Assembly: GCA_965208125.1 (NCBI GenBank)
Contig: OZ242320.1
Span: 4,064,001 to 4,128,000, forward strand
DNA from: Candidatus Latescibacterota bacterium
GTDB taxonomy: Bacteria; Latescibacterota; UBA2968
DNA: 64,000 bases
Reading direction: 5' to 3'
Position numbers and translations under genes: made by a program. The notes below the pieces were generated by a model. That model was given only the letters and a program-made list of their open reading frames with translations. It was not told the origin of the DNA and did no database searches. Shown here one piece after another: positions 29,147 to 38,835 of the stretch (position 1 is its first letter; each line of letters opens with the position of its first letter).

Positions 29147-29559
29147 TTTTTTCCTATGAAAACTACCACTTTATACTCAATCTCGATATCTACTTCGCTA
29201 CCTGATTTGCGCCCATTGAGCGTCCAATAAAATGACAGAAGCTCCTGGGCTTCCTCTATGGAGTCAAACTTAAAATTGGTCTCCAAAATATGACTCTCAA
29301 AACCTCTTTTATGCCACCAGGATGAATCACTGGAAATATCGCGCTCAAAAAGACCGCAGAATTCGTCATCTCCTGCATTATCTACAATGCAGATCGGACC
29401 TTGAGGCTTGATTACTCTGATCAATTCCTCTAATCCCTCTTTTCCATATCCTATAGCAGGAAAAAAATACGCCCATGTAGCATAGGCTCCCTCAAAAGAG
29501 TTCGATCGGAAAGGAAGCTCCTGTGCAATACCTCTGACCCAGGGAAGGGGATGAGGAAT
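29143..29559 (-). pseudogene. C-terminal half of a class I SAM methyltransferase (5' truncated)
   Basis: Frame open from 29559: IPHPLPWVRGIAQELPFRSNSFEGAYATWAYFFP...EELIRVIKPQG; motif I and a plausible start are missing. Confidence 0.7.
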
Positions 29560-29963
29560 GAGAATCCATGGCAGTCGGCAATGTGCTTCATGGCCAGCAA
29601 AATTTCTCGGCTGTACCCTTGTCCCTGGTAATCCGGTCTGATATCGACTCCCAATGCACAGAGAGTTGTACGGTTCTGAGGTTCTCCTCTCAAGCCCAAT
29701 TCCAGCGCTGATGTCCAGCCTTCTGGTAAGTCTTCGTCATGGCCGGTCCACGGGATGGGGATTGCAATACTATAGGCAGCCAGTTGATCTCCAGATTCAC
29801 AGTAATAGAGTTGAAACTGGGGAAACTTCGCGAGCAACTGGGCTGTTATTTCTTTAGGCCCCTCAGCATGAAAGATGAACTCGGGCCAGTTTGTCCGTGA
29901 ATTCCATTTCTGCTCTTGTAGTTCGGGGCATTCTGCATGCGAATACACTGCCAACTTTTTCAC
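29558..29963 (-). pseudogene. N-terminal part of a GNAT acetyltransferase (3' truncated)
   Basis: WPEFIFH, PIPW....DLPEGW, TLCAL, PDYQGQGYS; family C-terminus absent after ADCHGFS. Confidence 0.7.
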
Positions 29964-29982
29964 AGTATTTTTGTAATTCCTT

Positions 29983-30831
29983 CTAATTGATTCTACGCCG
30001 AGAGGTTCTATTGATAGCGTCAGCCAGCAATTGGAATCCCCCGTCACGTTTATAGGTGCTTAGCCAATCTCCGCTTACAAATTCAAAATCGCCGGTCTCT
30101 GTATTGAGCGCACCAATACATCCTTCGTTGATAACCTGTAATTCTGGATCTCTGGGGTTGCTCACCACACTGGCGACCTGTATGCACTCTGTCTCATACA
30201 CTTTTCTCGGGGCGACTGGATGGTGAAAGTGTCCAAATACATGGTAGCGAGGTTTCGATGTCCTCAGATATTCGAGCAAAGTCTGAGGTCCTTCGGCGAG
30301 GTTATCAGCATCGGCGCCAACTCCAAATCCTCCTTCGTGTGAAACGAGAATATCTATACCGTTTGGATGGTTGTGTTGAAGAGCCTCCGGGTCTCCTCCT
30401 TCACAAAAGCCAATCACTTCCTTTCCCACCTCAAATATAAAGCCGTCAGGTACGCACTCGAAGAGACCATGCGGGTCGAGTGGAATGGGTACAGAAGATT
30501 TTGTCTCTATAGCATTTCGAATAGCAGAGAATTCGTCGTGATTGCCTGCTACCACAAGGATCGAAGATGTCAATTGCGCCCGTGTATCCCGTGCGAGTTG
30601 TGCATTTGGCCCCTCTGCCAGGATGAGGCTACACAAATCGTACACAGCCGGATCCCACTGGGAGAATCTATCGTAGGGAATCTCACCATTCTGCGGTAGT
30701 GGCATAACCCCCAGATCACCAACTTGAACGACAAGGTCAAACTTCTTTTTTCGCATTGACTGCCAGGTCAGAAGAATGGCAAGGGCATGGCAGGCGCGTC
30801 CGTGTATATCACCTATGAAACCTATAATCAA
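29983..30831 (-). CDS. Metallophosphoesterase (calcineurin-like)
   Basis: GDIHG, QVGDLG, AGNHD, ILVSHE, FGHFH. Confidence 0.9.
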   Translation of the reverse strand: MIIGFIGDIHGRACHALAILLTWQSMRKKKFDLVVQVGDLGVMPLPQNGEIPYDRFSQWDPAVYDLCSLILAEGPNAQLARDTRAQLTSSILVVAGNHDEFSAIRNAIETKSSVPIPLDPHGLFECVPDGFIFEVGKEVIGFCEGGDPEALQHNHPNGIDILVSHEGGFGVGADADNLAEGPQTLLEYLRTSKPRYHVFGHFHHPVAPRKVYETECIQVASVVSNPRDPELQVINEGCIGALNTETGDFEFVSGDWLSTYKRDGGFQLLADAINRTSRRRIN

Positions 30832-31029
30832 TTTAAGTTCCTTCTACCAAATAGTCCCTTCTGTAGAATGGTATAATTTTATTTTTATTCATCAACGTTC
30901 AGTAGATAGTAGATCGTCCCTAATGCTTGCGCAAATCTCATTCATTTGATCTTCACTTACTCTTTCTTCTGGGGAGACTCCCCAAATACTTGAGCACTGC
31001 GCCGGTCGGCTACCGTTCATATCGGCCTC

Positions 31030-31620
31030 TTATTGTATCTTTATGTCATCTGGCGTTTTCGCTTTTCCCGAATCTTGGGCTTTGTTTATTCGAAATCCAA
31101 GTTGTGTAATTTTACCACCACCGAAATCGTTGTCTTCAATTTCGTCGAGTTCGGGGGCTCGAAAGAAGCCGACTTTTGTAAAAAGATTGATGCTTGGCTG
31201 ATTGTGCTCGTATATCCCGGCCACAATATATTCGAGGTCGAATTCTCTGAAGATAAAGTCCACTGAGATTTGCACAGCTTCAGTTCCGTATCCCTTAAAT
31301 CTGAAAGGCTTATAGATCCAGATGCCCAGATCTGGTTCAAGGTGAACTGGCGCAAGGCTGATGCGACCAACGGGAACTTGATCCTTCAAACGAACAATAG
31401 TGGCATTGAACCGTTGTGGCGGTCTGTCCGGGTTGGTAAAAAGTGCAAGGAAATCCTTGTAGGATTCCCAATAGTGCGTCGTATTGAAGTTTCTCTGCGT
31501 TGAGATATCCTTCCACGTTTGGTAGAATGGTCTATAATCTTCCATCAGGAACTCGGTGAGGCCAACTGCTCTTCCTTTGATGTAGAAGTTCCGGCAGTCT
31601 TTGACGTTGTCAATAGTCAT
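31030..31620 (-). CDS. GNAT N-acetyltransferase (RimJ/RimL type)
   Basis: LGIWIYKPFRFKGYGTEA, N.PSINLF.KVGF. Confidence 0.85.
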   Translation of the reverse strand: MTIDNVKDCRNFYIKGRAVGLTEFLMEDYRPFYQTWKDISTQRNFNTTHYWESYKDFLALFTNPDRPPQRFNATIVRLKDQVPVGRISLAPVHLEPDLGIWIYKPFRFKGYGTEAVQISVDFIFREFDLEYIVAGIYEHNQPSINLFTKVGFFRAPELDEIEDNDFGGGKITQLGFRINKAQDSGKAKTPDDIKIQ

Positions 31621-31629
31621 CAGGGTTCT

Positions 31630-32997
31630 TTATCCGAGTTTGTGTGTAGCAATCTCGTACATTTCGTTTGTGCAGGTCTTGAGTACTTTCAGGAGGTCGG
31701 GATATGGTTCGCCGTAGCCGGTGAGCAATCCGGAATGCTGGCGGTCCTGTTTTTGAGCGACGAGGTTGGAGGCGTCGATCAGGCCGCAATAGTGCCAGCC
31801 AATAAATTCTGGGCGTGCAAAGGCGTTCCGAAAGAACTCATCGGTCCATTCGGCTCGCTGTTCAATGTTGTCGGCCACGGGGCCGTAGGGCCGTGGCATG
31901 GTGTCTGTGATCATCGTGAAAGCAGAATCGCCATTGATCAGCGGCTTGTCGGCGGTCCTGTACCAGCGATCTAACCCGGGTTTTTGCACTTCGTATCGCG
32001 CATACATCTGATAGAATACGATGTCGGTAAATTGGCTTGTAATGGGCAATAGGGTATCCAGCGCATCTGTGTTGGCGTTGATTTTGTCGCCGACAAACAG
32101 ATGGTTCGGATCGTATCGGCGGATCGCATCCCGCGTTGTCTGGTAGTATTTTGCGACGACTTTTTGGAGGAATTCAATATTGTCGCGGGTTTCGTTTCCA
32201 TTGGAAAGATCAGTGTGCAGCCGCCAATTCTCGGCTGTTTGGAGCGCGTCAAATGAATCGAATTGTGTGCCATAAGTTGTGTTGAAGTCGCTGATTTGCC
32301 CGCGATAGATATCGCGCATAGTCTGAACATAAGCCTTTTTGCCCGGTGCATTGGCACCAAAATTGCGCAGTCGCCGCGGCCAGCCGATTCGCGCTTCTCG
32401 CCGTGCGCCGCCAATTACGTCGGGGCGTTCTCGGCAATCTTCTTCTGTAAATAACGGACAGTCGGTCATGGCATAACCGAGCAGGAAGGGATCATCTTTT
32501 GCAGGCGCGGCAAACTCCTTTGCCATCTGATCGCAGTGTGAGGCAAATGTTTCTGAAAAGACATCCAAAAAATTGCTGTCGGGTATTTCTGCCTGCCAGT
32601 GTGGGATATCGACAAAGTGAATCGACTGCATATAGGGGATAGATGGCTGCGGGCGATTGACGGCTGACAACTCTGTGTGTACGCCTACTGTGTTGAAGCC
32701 GTATTGACGACATGTTTGCAGGAACCAGGTTTTGAGGGCAGGTGTGAATTCGCGGCTGTCCAGATTGTCTATGCCCAACCGCTTTTTCCAGGCTTCGCGA
32801 TTGTAGTCCTGTTTCCACAGATGGGGATGCAGGTGGTTTATTCCGAAGCTCAGAAACGCATTTCCCTCGGGCGTTACGAGCCACCATCTTTCGTCTTTTT
32901 CTATGCGAAAAAAACCAGTTGCCTCAAATTTTTTACCGGTCCAGCCGCCGTATTGATCGCGTTCGGGGGTGTCCCGGTGCGATTTATGTTTTTGCAT
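31630..32997 (-). CDS. Beta-agarase-like glycoside hydrolase (GH50/GH86-like)
   Basis: DQYGGW, ATGFFRIEK..RWWLVTPEG..F.S.G, GFNTVG, DDPFLLGY, YY....AIRRYDPNHL, IGWH. Confidence 0.7.
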   Translation of the reverse strand: MQKHKSHRDTPERDQYGGWTGKKFEATGFFRIEKDERWWLVTPEGNAFLSFGINHLHPHLWKQDYNREAWKKRLGIDNLDSREFTPALKTWFLQTCRQYGFNTVGVHTELSAVNRPQPSIPYMQSIHFVDIPHWQAEIPDSNFLDVFSETFASHCDQMAKEFAAPAKDDPFLLGYAMTDCPLFTEEDCRERPDVIGGARREARIGWPRRLRNFGANAPGKKAYVQTMRDIYRGQISDFNTTYGTQFDSFDALQTAENWRLHTDLSNGNETRDNIEFLQKVVAKYYQTTRDAIRRYDPNHLFVGDKINANTDALDTLLPITSQFTDIVFYQMYARYEVQKPGLDRWYRTADKPLINGDSAFTMITDTMPRPYGPVADNIEQRAEWTDEFFRNAFARPEFIGWHYCGLIDASNLVAQKQDRQHSGLLTGYGEPYPDLLKVLKTCTNEMYEIATHKLG

Positions 32998-33028
32998 TTG
33001 GATGCCTTTGAATAGTTATCAGAGTATT

Positions 33029-33880
33029 TTACTCGGCGGGCACAACGTCTCGCGTGACTTCCTGAACTTTACCGGGGTGGGTTCGTCCTCTTATCCACAT
33101 AATGGGCTGGCCTTTGCCGGCGTTTTCCGGATTCATCCATTCTGCTTGCGCGCTCAGATAATGCGATACATAGCTGCGTCTAAATCGCTGGCTGTGATTA
33201 TTTGTGCTTTTGTGCAGCAGGTGGGAGTGAAACCAGATGGCCGAACCGGGAGGGACTTCTACGGGAATGCCATCCTCATCGCGAGCATTGCGCGCGAGTT
33301 TAAATTCATTTTGCTGTGATCCCTCAATGTCATCGTGTTCGGAGATTGCCTGTTTGTGACTGCCGGGGATTACGTAGAGGCAGCCGTTTTCGCGATCGGC
33401 GGGGTCAATTGCCGTCCAGGTGCCGACGGTCGTTGCTGTTCTGAACCGCCTGCCAAAATAAAATTTGTCCTGGTGCCAGGGGAATCCCAATCCGATTTCG
33501 GGTGCTTTCCAGATGAAGAGGTTGTTGATGCCCAGAATGTCTGGCCCGAGAATATCGACAACCGGGTCTGTCAAGCGTGGATCGCGCACGCGGGCAAGGA
33601 ATTCCGGGATGTAGCAACTGGGGTGATGGATTTTGTGCATGGCGTAGATGCCAGACCGCGTGTCTTTGCCGTCTCGGACAAGGGCATTCTGGTTGATGTG
33701 GACCATTGGCATTTTTCGTTTGCCTGCGACAATGTCTTCGGCGACCTGTCGCAGGTCGTCGTTTTCTTCATGTGAAAAGACGTTTTCGCGCACAAAATAT
33801 CCATTGCGTTCCCAGTGCTGAATTTCATCGGGTGTCATGCGATTGGTATTTGTTTTTAATGGTGTTGCTGGGTTTTTCAT
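33029..33880 (-). CDS. PhyH family dioxygenase
   Basis: WERNGYFV, PWHQD, WTAIDPA..ENGCLYVIPGSH, LLHKS..N.S...RR. Confidence 0.9.
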   Translation of the reverse strand: MKNPATPLKTNTNRMTPDEIQHWERNGYFVRENVFSHEENDDLRQVAEDIVAGKRKMPMVHINQNALVRDGKDTRSGIYAMHKIHHPSCYIPEFLARVRDPRLTDPVVDILGPDILGINNLFIWKAPEIGLGFPWHQDKFYFGRRFRTATTVGTWTAIDPADRENGCLYVIPGSHKQAISEHDDIEGSQQNEFKLARNARDEDGIPVEVPPGSAIWFHSHLLHKSTNNHSQRFRRSYVSHYLSAQAEWMNPENAGKGQPIMWIRGRTHPGKVQEVTRDVVPAE

Positions 33881-34263
33881 ATACGATCTCCTGAGTTTAA
33901 ATAGGTATCGGGAGCCTCACGCGCGCCGATCCAGACCTGATTGCCATCGGGATCGCGAACTCGAAATTCTGTCAGGCCGTAAAAAGTTACCCGGATAGGA
34001 TCGGGTTCGAAACCCGCGGCGATCACGCGGTCTCTCAATGTTTCAATATCGGATGTATAGTAGTAAACGACGTTTGAGGCATTCGATTCCGTGCGTATCG
34101 AACGGTCTATCATCACCTGGCATCCGTGTTCACCTTCCAGCAGGGCGTGGCCCCACTCGTCTTTACGTTGGATGACCTGGAACCCCAGGCCTTGTGAGTA
34201 GAAGGTTATGGCTTGATCCAAATCGGTTATTGGAACCATTGCGGTGATGCGATGTATGCTCAC
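33877..34263 (-). CDS. VOC/glyoxalase family protein
   Basis: DLDQAITFY..LGF, FYGLTEFRVRDPDGN. Confidence 0.88.
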   Translation of the reverse strand: MSIHRITAMVPITDLDQAITFYSQGLGFQVIQRKDEWGHALLEGEHGCQVMIDRSIRTESNASNVVYYYTSDIETLRDRVIAAGFEPDPIRVTFYGLTEFRVRDPDGNQVWIGAREAPDTYLNSGDRI

Positions 34264-34370
34264 TGTTTTTTCCCCTAATGATTGATCGGAAAGGGAGATG
34301 GATCCCTGGGGAATGAATCCAGATCGACCACCGATCTGTTTGGACGGTAAAATCTGTGAACTAACGCGTT

Positions 34371-34835
34371 TTATTGAAGCACCGGGTCTATAGGTGCTGG
34401 CAGTTTTTTCATCTGAACATGTGTAGAATCTTCATCGACGATTGAAAATCCCAGTCTCTGGTAGAAGGCGATGCCGCGGATGTTGATCTTTAATACTTGC
34501 AGATTCACAGCTTTCCCTGAAACATCGGCATCAGCGAGAATGCGTGTCATGCACGCTGACCCGATTCCTATACCCTGATACTCTGGATGAATAAAAAACT
34601 GATGGACCTTGAGAGAATCGGAAGTACAGGATGTGGAGAAGAAGCCAATATCGTTCCCTTGAAATTGGATAATGCAAAAATCCTGCGAATCAAACCGCTT
34701 ATTGTGTAATCCCCTCTGATGTGTATCGTCCCAGCCCTCGACTTGCTCTACATATTCGCGGAATGCGGCCTTCTTTACGGCAAAGACAAAGTCACTGTCA
34801 ACTGCATCTGCCTTGCGAATGCTCAACTCTTCCAT
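34371..34835 (-). CDS. GNAT N-acetyltransferase
   Basis: IHPEYQGIGIGS, LQVLKIN.RGIAFYQRLGF. Confidence 0.9.
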   Translation of the reverse strand: MEELSIRKADAVDSDFVFAVKKAAFREYVEQVEGWDDTHQRGLHNKRFDSQDFCIIQFQGNDIGFFSTSCTSDSLKVHQFFIHPEYQGIGIGSACMTRILADADVSGKAVNLQVLKINIRGIAFYQRLGFSIVDEDSTHVQMKKLPAPIDPVLQ

Positions 34836-34872
34836 AGAGAGCCCTTTTGTTGCCCTATTTGTTCAAGCACTC

Positions 34873-35217
34873 TTAAGTAGGATCATATATGCAGGCATCC
34901 AGAATACTCAACGCCTCATTAAGCACAGATTGAGGTGCTTTAGATACGCGCTTTACCTTTCGGCTGTTGTAATCGATTGATTTAATCTGCTCCACCATGA
35001 TATACCCACTAATGGCCTGTCCTTTGGGGATCGCAACATGAAGGGGAATATCTCTAAAGGTGTTGGTGATTGGGCACACCATAGCAAGTCCTGTATGCCT
35101 GTTAAATAGTGTATTACTGATTACCAAAGCGGGACGACGGCCTCTTTGCTCATGTCCGGCCTGTGGATCAAAAGTCAAAATGACGAAATCACCTTTTTGG
35201 GGAATATATTCTGGCAT
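34873..35217 (-). CDS. mazF: MazF/PemK family endoribonuclease toxin
   Basis: FDPQAGHEQRGRRPALVIS...FN..TGL..VCPIT, EQIKSID. Confidence 0.93.
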   Translation of the reverse strand: MPEYIPQKGDFVILTFDPQAGHEQRGRRPALVISNTLFNRHTGLAMVCPITNTFRDIPLHVAIPKGQAISGYIMVEQIKSIDYNSRKVKRVSKAPQSVLNEALSILDACIYDPT

Positions 35218-35466
35218 TTACCACACTTCTTTCCCTATAGGCTTTCCCCAGTCCAACTCTTCGACTTGATAATTTTGGGGCATTTTGGAAACCAGTTCAC
35301 GCAAATCGTATTTTCCCCGCACTTTTGTCACAGGTTCAACAATGATTTGTCCCTTTTTAACAGAGATATTGACTTGATCTCCAACATTGATATGGGCTTC
35401 CTTCAGAATAGCTTTAGAAAATCGGAGTCCCTGACTATTGCCCCATTTTTGAACTTTAGTCACCAT
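35218..35466 (-). CDS. mazE: MazE/AbrB family antitoxin
   Basis: KVQKWGNSQGLR, YDL.EL, ELDWGKPIGKEVW. Confidence 0.93.
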   Translation of the reverse strand: MVTKVQKWGNSQGLRFSKAILKEAHINVGDQVNISVKKGQIIVEPVTKVRGKYDLRELVSKMPQNYQVEELDWGKPIGKEVW

Positions 35467-35498
35467 CGTGTATCTCCTTGAAATCAGCAGTCCCAGAT

Positions 35499-35537
35499 GT
35501 ATATCCGAAGTATATCCAAATTGCAGTCAACTTGCAA
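35499..35537 (-). promoter_or_regulatory. mazEF promoter/operator
   Basis: TTGCAA-17 bp-TATACT; tandem GGATATAC boxes overlapping the -10 region. Confidence 0.6.
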
Positions 35538-35565
35538 GGGATTTTATAGCAAACGGCACATCGCC

Positions 35566-36024
35566 TTATTTAGTCTCGATTGGTTTCACCATTTCAAGGT
35601 ACCAGGGAACAAATCCACAGTCCCGATAAAATGCCAGGATGTCATCGAAACGCTTCGCTGCCGAGTAGAGTCGCATGTGACTGAATCCAGCGGCTTTTGC
35701 TTTTGATTGGGCAGTTTTGACCAGTCGCTGGCCTATTCCACTATGGCGAGATTCTGGACGCACATACAGTTCAACAATTTCAAGAATACGGCTGCCTTCA
35801 GGGAATACACATTCGCCATCATACGACCGTTCTACACAATAGATGAATCCAATAGGCTCACAGCCATCTATCGCCAAAAAGAGCCAATCCAGGTCGCGAT
35901 CATTCCATACTTCCACCGGATCGGGCCCATAACCCCATATTGCGCCTTCGGATGCCAGATCTTCCTGCAGCGAAAGGATAGCGGCTATATCCGACTTGTT
36001 TGACTTACGGATTGTGACGGTCAT
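35566..36024 (-). CDS. GNAT N-acetyltransferase
   Basis: ELYVRPESRHSGIGQRL, FYRDCGF. Confidence 0.88.
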   Translation of the reverse strand: MTVTIRKSNKSDIAAILSLQEDLASEGAIWGYGPDPVEVWNDRDLDWLFLAIDGCEPIGFIYCVERSYDGECVFPEGSRILEIVELYVRPESRHSGIGQRLVKTAQSKAKAAGFSHMRLYSAAKRFDDILAFYRDCGFVPWYLEMVKPIETK

Positions 36025-36058
36025 TTTGTATTCCGTCCATTACTGGCAATTTCTCTAT

Positions 36059-36877
36059 CTAACCAAACCGCTCCTCTAACCATGTAACGGCAAAATCGGT
36101 CAGAACCCTGGCGTCGAACAAATAGGATTCCGCGGCTCCAACCCGTCTCGTTGCATAGCTTGCCTGGGTCATATATTTCTCTACAATGGAAAGAAAATAG
36201 TCGCCATTGGGGGGGCCCCAATCGACGATGCCACCAGAAGTGTCAAATTGCTCAAATTCTATCCATTCGCACTTGCCATCACGCAAGATGGGCCACCGAT
36301 AGCGCTCAGTTTTCTTGTTGGGCACGTCAGCAATATGCTCTGCGTAATGTAGAATCGTCAGGCTATCAAAGAGTGGTCCAAGCAGTAGTATTCGCCCCCT
36401 GACTTTGCACAATTTTGCGAGAGGGGAGCCTGCACCATAACCAAATTGGAGGGGATGATCCGATGTGATCCACTCCGCTTTTGCGCCAATAGCCGCCATT
36501 CTTGCTTCGGGATGGTTGCTGCAATACGCGCCGGGCCATGTTCGGAGGTGCTCGGTGAGGATGCTCCACTTGCGGAAGGCGCGTGTCCGTTTAGGATCAA
36601 ACGGTGGGCATTCCGCCAGGTACGCTTTTTGCCAGTCCTCTGGCCAATCTTCAATTTCGTTCAGAGGCTCCTCGCATTTTATGTACATCATCAAGGTGCC
36701 CGAAGGTCCAATCACGTCCAAAATTGCCTGAATCACAATATCTGGTCCGCCAACGATCCAGCCGACTGCCTTGACAGACGCGTGCAGCATCAGGGTATCG
36801 CCCGGGACAATCCCCAGTTTTGATAAGTCAGATACCAGCTTGCTTCGCGTAATTACTGGCAAATCTATTTTCGCCAT
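36059..36877 (-). CDS. Aminoglycoside 3-N-acetyltransferase (AAC(3)/Antibiotic_NAT family)
   Basis: GDTLMLHASVKAVGWIVGG, PPFDP, SNHPEARMAAIG, YGAGSPL, TILHYAE, EQFDTS. Confidence 0.9.
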   Translation of the reverse strand: MAKIDLPVITRSKLVSDLSKLGIVPGDTLMLHASVKAVGWIVGGPDIVIQAILDVIGPSGTLMMYIKCEEPLNEIEDWPEDWQKAYLAECPPFDPKRTRAFRKWSILTEHLRTWPGAYCSNHPEARMAAIGAKAEWITSDHPLQFGYGAGSPLAKLCKVRGRILLLGPLFDSLTILHYAEHIADVPNKKTERYRWPILRDGKCEWIEFEQFDTSGGIVDWGPPNGDYFLSIVEKYMTQASYATRRVGAAESYLFDARVLTDFAVTWLEERFG

Positions 36878-36914
36878 TGCGATCTCCTTTTTAGATCAGG
36901 TTTATCATAATCCT

Positions 36915-38186
36915 CTATTTATCTAAACCAGGTACAACTGCGCCATGTGACAAAAGCAATTCGCGCAAATCGGAAATTGGGACTTCTCGAGGTGTGGTTT
37001 CCAGACGCACAGATAATGCAGCGGCAGCACCCACAGCCTGTCCCATGGCCATAGATGACGCCTGTACTCGTAAAGCGGAATTCGCCAACCGGTCACTGCT
37101 CACGCTGCGACCAGCGACCAGCAAATTGCGACTCTCTTTGGGGATAAGCGCGCGAAGAGGGACGGTGGGAACGATTCCTTTGGATAGCGGTCTGGGTTTG
37201 ATGCCATCGCGGTCGTGGAGATCGATGGGGTAAAAAGAATAGGATACGGCGTCATCAAAAAATCGTCCACTCGTGTAATCTTCATGGGTTATTTGCACAT
37301 CGCCAACAATGCGATAGGTCTCACGCACGGCTGTTTCTGCCTGAGCTTTCAAAACACATGCGTTTTCGCACCCTGGTAGAGAACGCACAAAACGCAGAAT
37401 CCGCAATAGTGCCTGTCGCCCTGCTATGTTGGTTTTTGTATGCCTGTCAGAGGTTGATGCATCAGCACCAAATACATGCTGGGCATTTCCGCCTTTTCGA
37501 AGATAACTGATAAATCGCACCTGTGGATTCATTACATCGCCGTGTTGCAAGCGGCCATCTTTAATGGCAGCAGAAAAATGCGCCTGAATGACCTCCTCAT
37601 CCAGTGATTCGACATTATAACCCCCGAGTTCAAAAATCAACGTGCCGGGCTGGGTTTCTTGTTCGCGCAAACGCGGAAAACCGATCTGCCCGACAATATT
37701 TGCGCCACCAGTACAATCAATTAACTGTTTGGCCCATATAGTGCGGCGCATGCTTTTGCCTGTGGTTTCTACTGTCCAGCCCGTGTCCGTTTCTGAAACC
37801 CGAGTCGGTATTTCGTAGAAATGTAATTTCACCCCTGCTTGCGTACAGGCTTCTTCGACGAGTGCGGCATATACTGGACCGTTGATGCGAATTTGGTGCA
37901 TCCAATGGCGCTCGGGAGGTACTGAAAAATCTGGCAATTTTCTACTGTCAAGTGCCACAGCTTTTGTAACGAGTTCCCACCCAATACCCGCAATAATTTG
38001 CTTTCCCCAGGCGTGAAAAAGGCCCGGAAACGAAACCCCACCCGTTGTGGTTACACCGCCGAGTTGGCTACCGGATTCAATCAGGGCTGTGCGAAGTCCC
38101 GTGCGCCCAGCTTGTACCGCAGCAATGGTGCCCGCTGTACCACCGCCAATGACCAGAACATCTACATTTTCTTTCATGTGCTCCAT
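36915..38186 (-). CDS. FAD-dependent oxidoreductase (FAD_oxidored family)
   Basis: DVLVIGGGTAG, LGG..T.GGV, IDCTG, VRETYRIVG, NLLVAGRSVS, MAMGQA.G.AAAL. Confidence 0.9.
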   Translation of the reverse strand: MEHMKENVDVLVIGGGTAGTIAAVQAGRTGLRTALIESGSQLGGVTTTGGVSFPGLFHAWGKQIIAGIGWELVTKAVALDSRKLPDFSVPPERHWMHQIRINGPVYAALVEEACTQAGVKLHFYEIPTRVSETDTGWTVETTGKSMRRTIWAKQLIDCTGGANIVGQIGFPRLREQETQPGTLIFELGGYNVESLDEEVIQAHFSAAIKDGRLQHGDVMNPQVRFISYLRKGGNAQHVFGADASTSDRHTKTNIAGRQALLRILRFVRSLPGCENACVLKAQAETAVRETYRIVGDVQITHEDYTSGRFFDDAVSYSFYPIDLHDRDGIKPRPLSKGIVPTVPLRALIPKESRNLLVAGRSVSSDRLANSALRVQASSMAMGQAVGAAAALSVRLETTPREVPISDLRELLLSHGAVVPGLDK

Positions 38187-38206
38187 ATTGACAATCTCCC
38201 TGTGCT

Positions 38207-38806
38207 TTACTCCTCAGTTTCAGTGTCGCCAAGAGGATGAAGATCAATCGGTGTGAGAATTCCGTAAAATCCGTATTTGATACCTGAGCGGTCTCCTTTT
38301 CCGGGCGGAAAGTATTCTTCTATAAGTGCCAATAATCGACGACTGAATTCGGATGCCTGTTCTTCAGATAGCCGCGCGCGGTTGTGATTGACGGATGTCT
38401 GGAATGTCGAACCGTACAAGCCCTCGGCAGCTTCGCGAAATGCTTGATTGAACTGGCTGATAACATCGATTGGCATGGCCTCTGCAACCTGGTTGTTTGC
38501 GAGGAGGTCCTCTCGAACGCGAATCTTACCCGCTGCTGGCGAACAACGCCATTCATTGGGGTCAGTTTCACCTTCCTTTAAATGTACGACACCTGTTTCT
38601 GCCAGATTTTTCAAGTGATACAGCACCCGGGCATCAGTAATTTCCAATGTCTGCGAGATTTCTGCAACCGACTTTCCGTCGCTAAGAGTTTCGAGGATGA
38701 GCCAACGCAGTGGATCGGCAAGTATGTTCGCGCGGTCATCCTCAATAACGATTACCGTCTCCTTTAAGGCGTTGATCGGAAATGTCAATTCACGCCACGT
38801 ACTCAT
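38207..38806 (-). CDS. ArsR-like winged helix-turn-helix protein
   Basis: LADPLRWLILETL...KSVAEISQTL......V.YHLK.L...GVV. Confidence 0.8.
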   Translation of the reverse strand: MSTWRELTFPINALKETVIVIEDDRANILADPLRWLILETLSDGKSVAEISQTLEITDARVLYHLKNLAETGVVHLKEGETDPNEWRCSPAAGKIRVREDLLANNQVAEAMPIDVISQFNQAFREAAEGLYGSTFQTSVNHNRARLSEEQASEFSRRLLALIEEYFPPGKGDRSGIKYGFYGILTPIDLHPLGDTETEE

Positions 38807-38835
38807 TTAGACTCTCCATTCGTATAATTGAGGGA

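Noticed and set aside
29451-30047. Programmed frameshift joining GNAT and methyltransferase
   Set aside because: Both halves lack essential parts and no slippery site with a stimulatory structure is evident; a deletion scar is simpler
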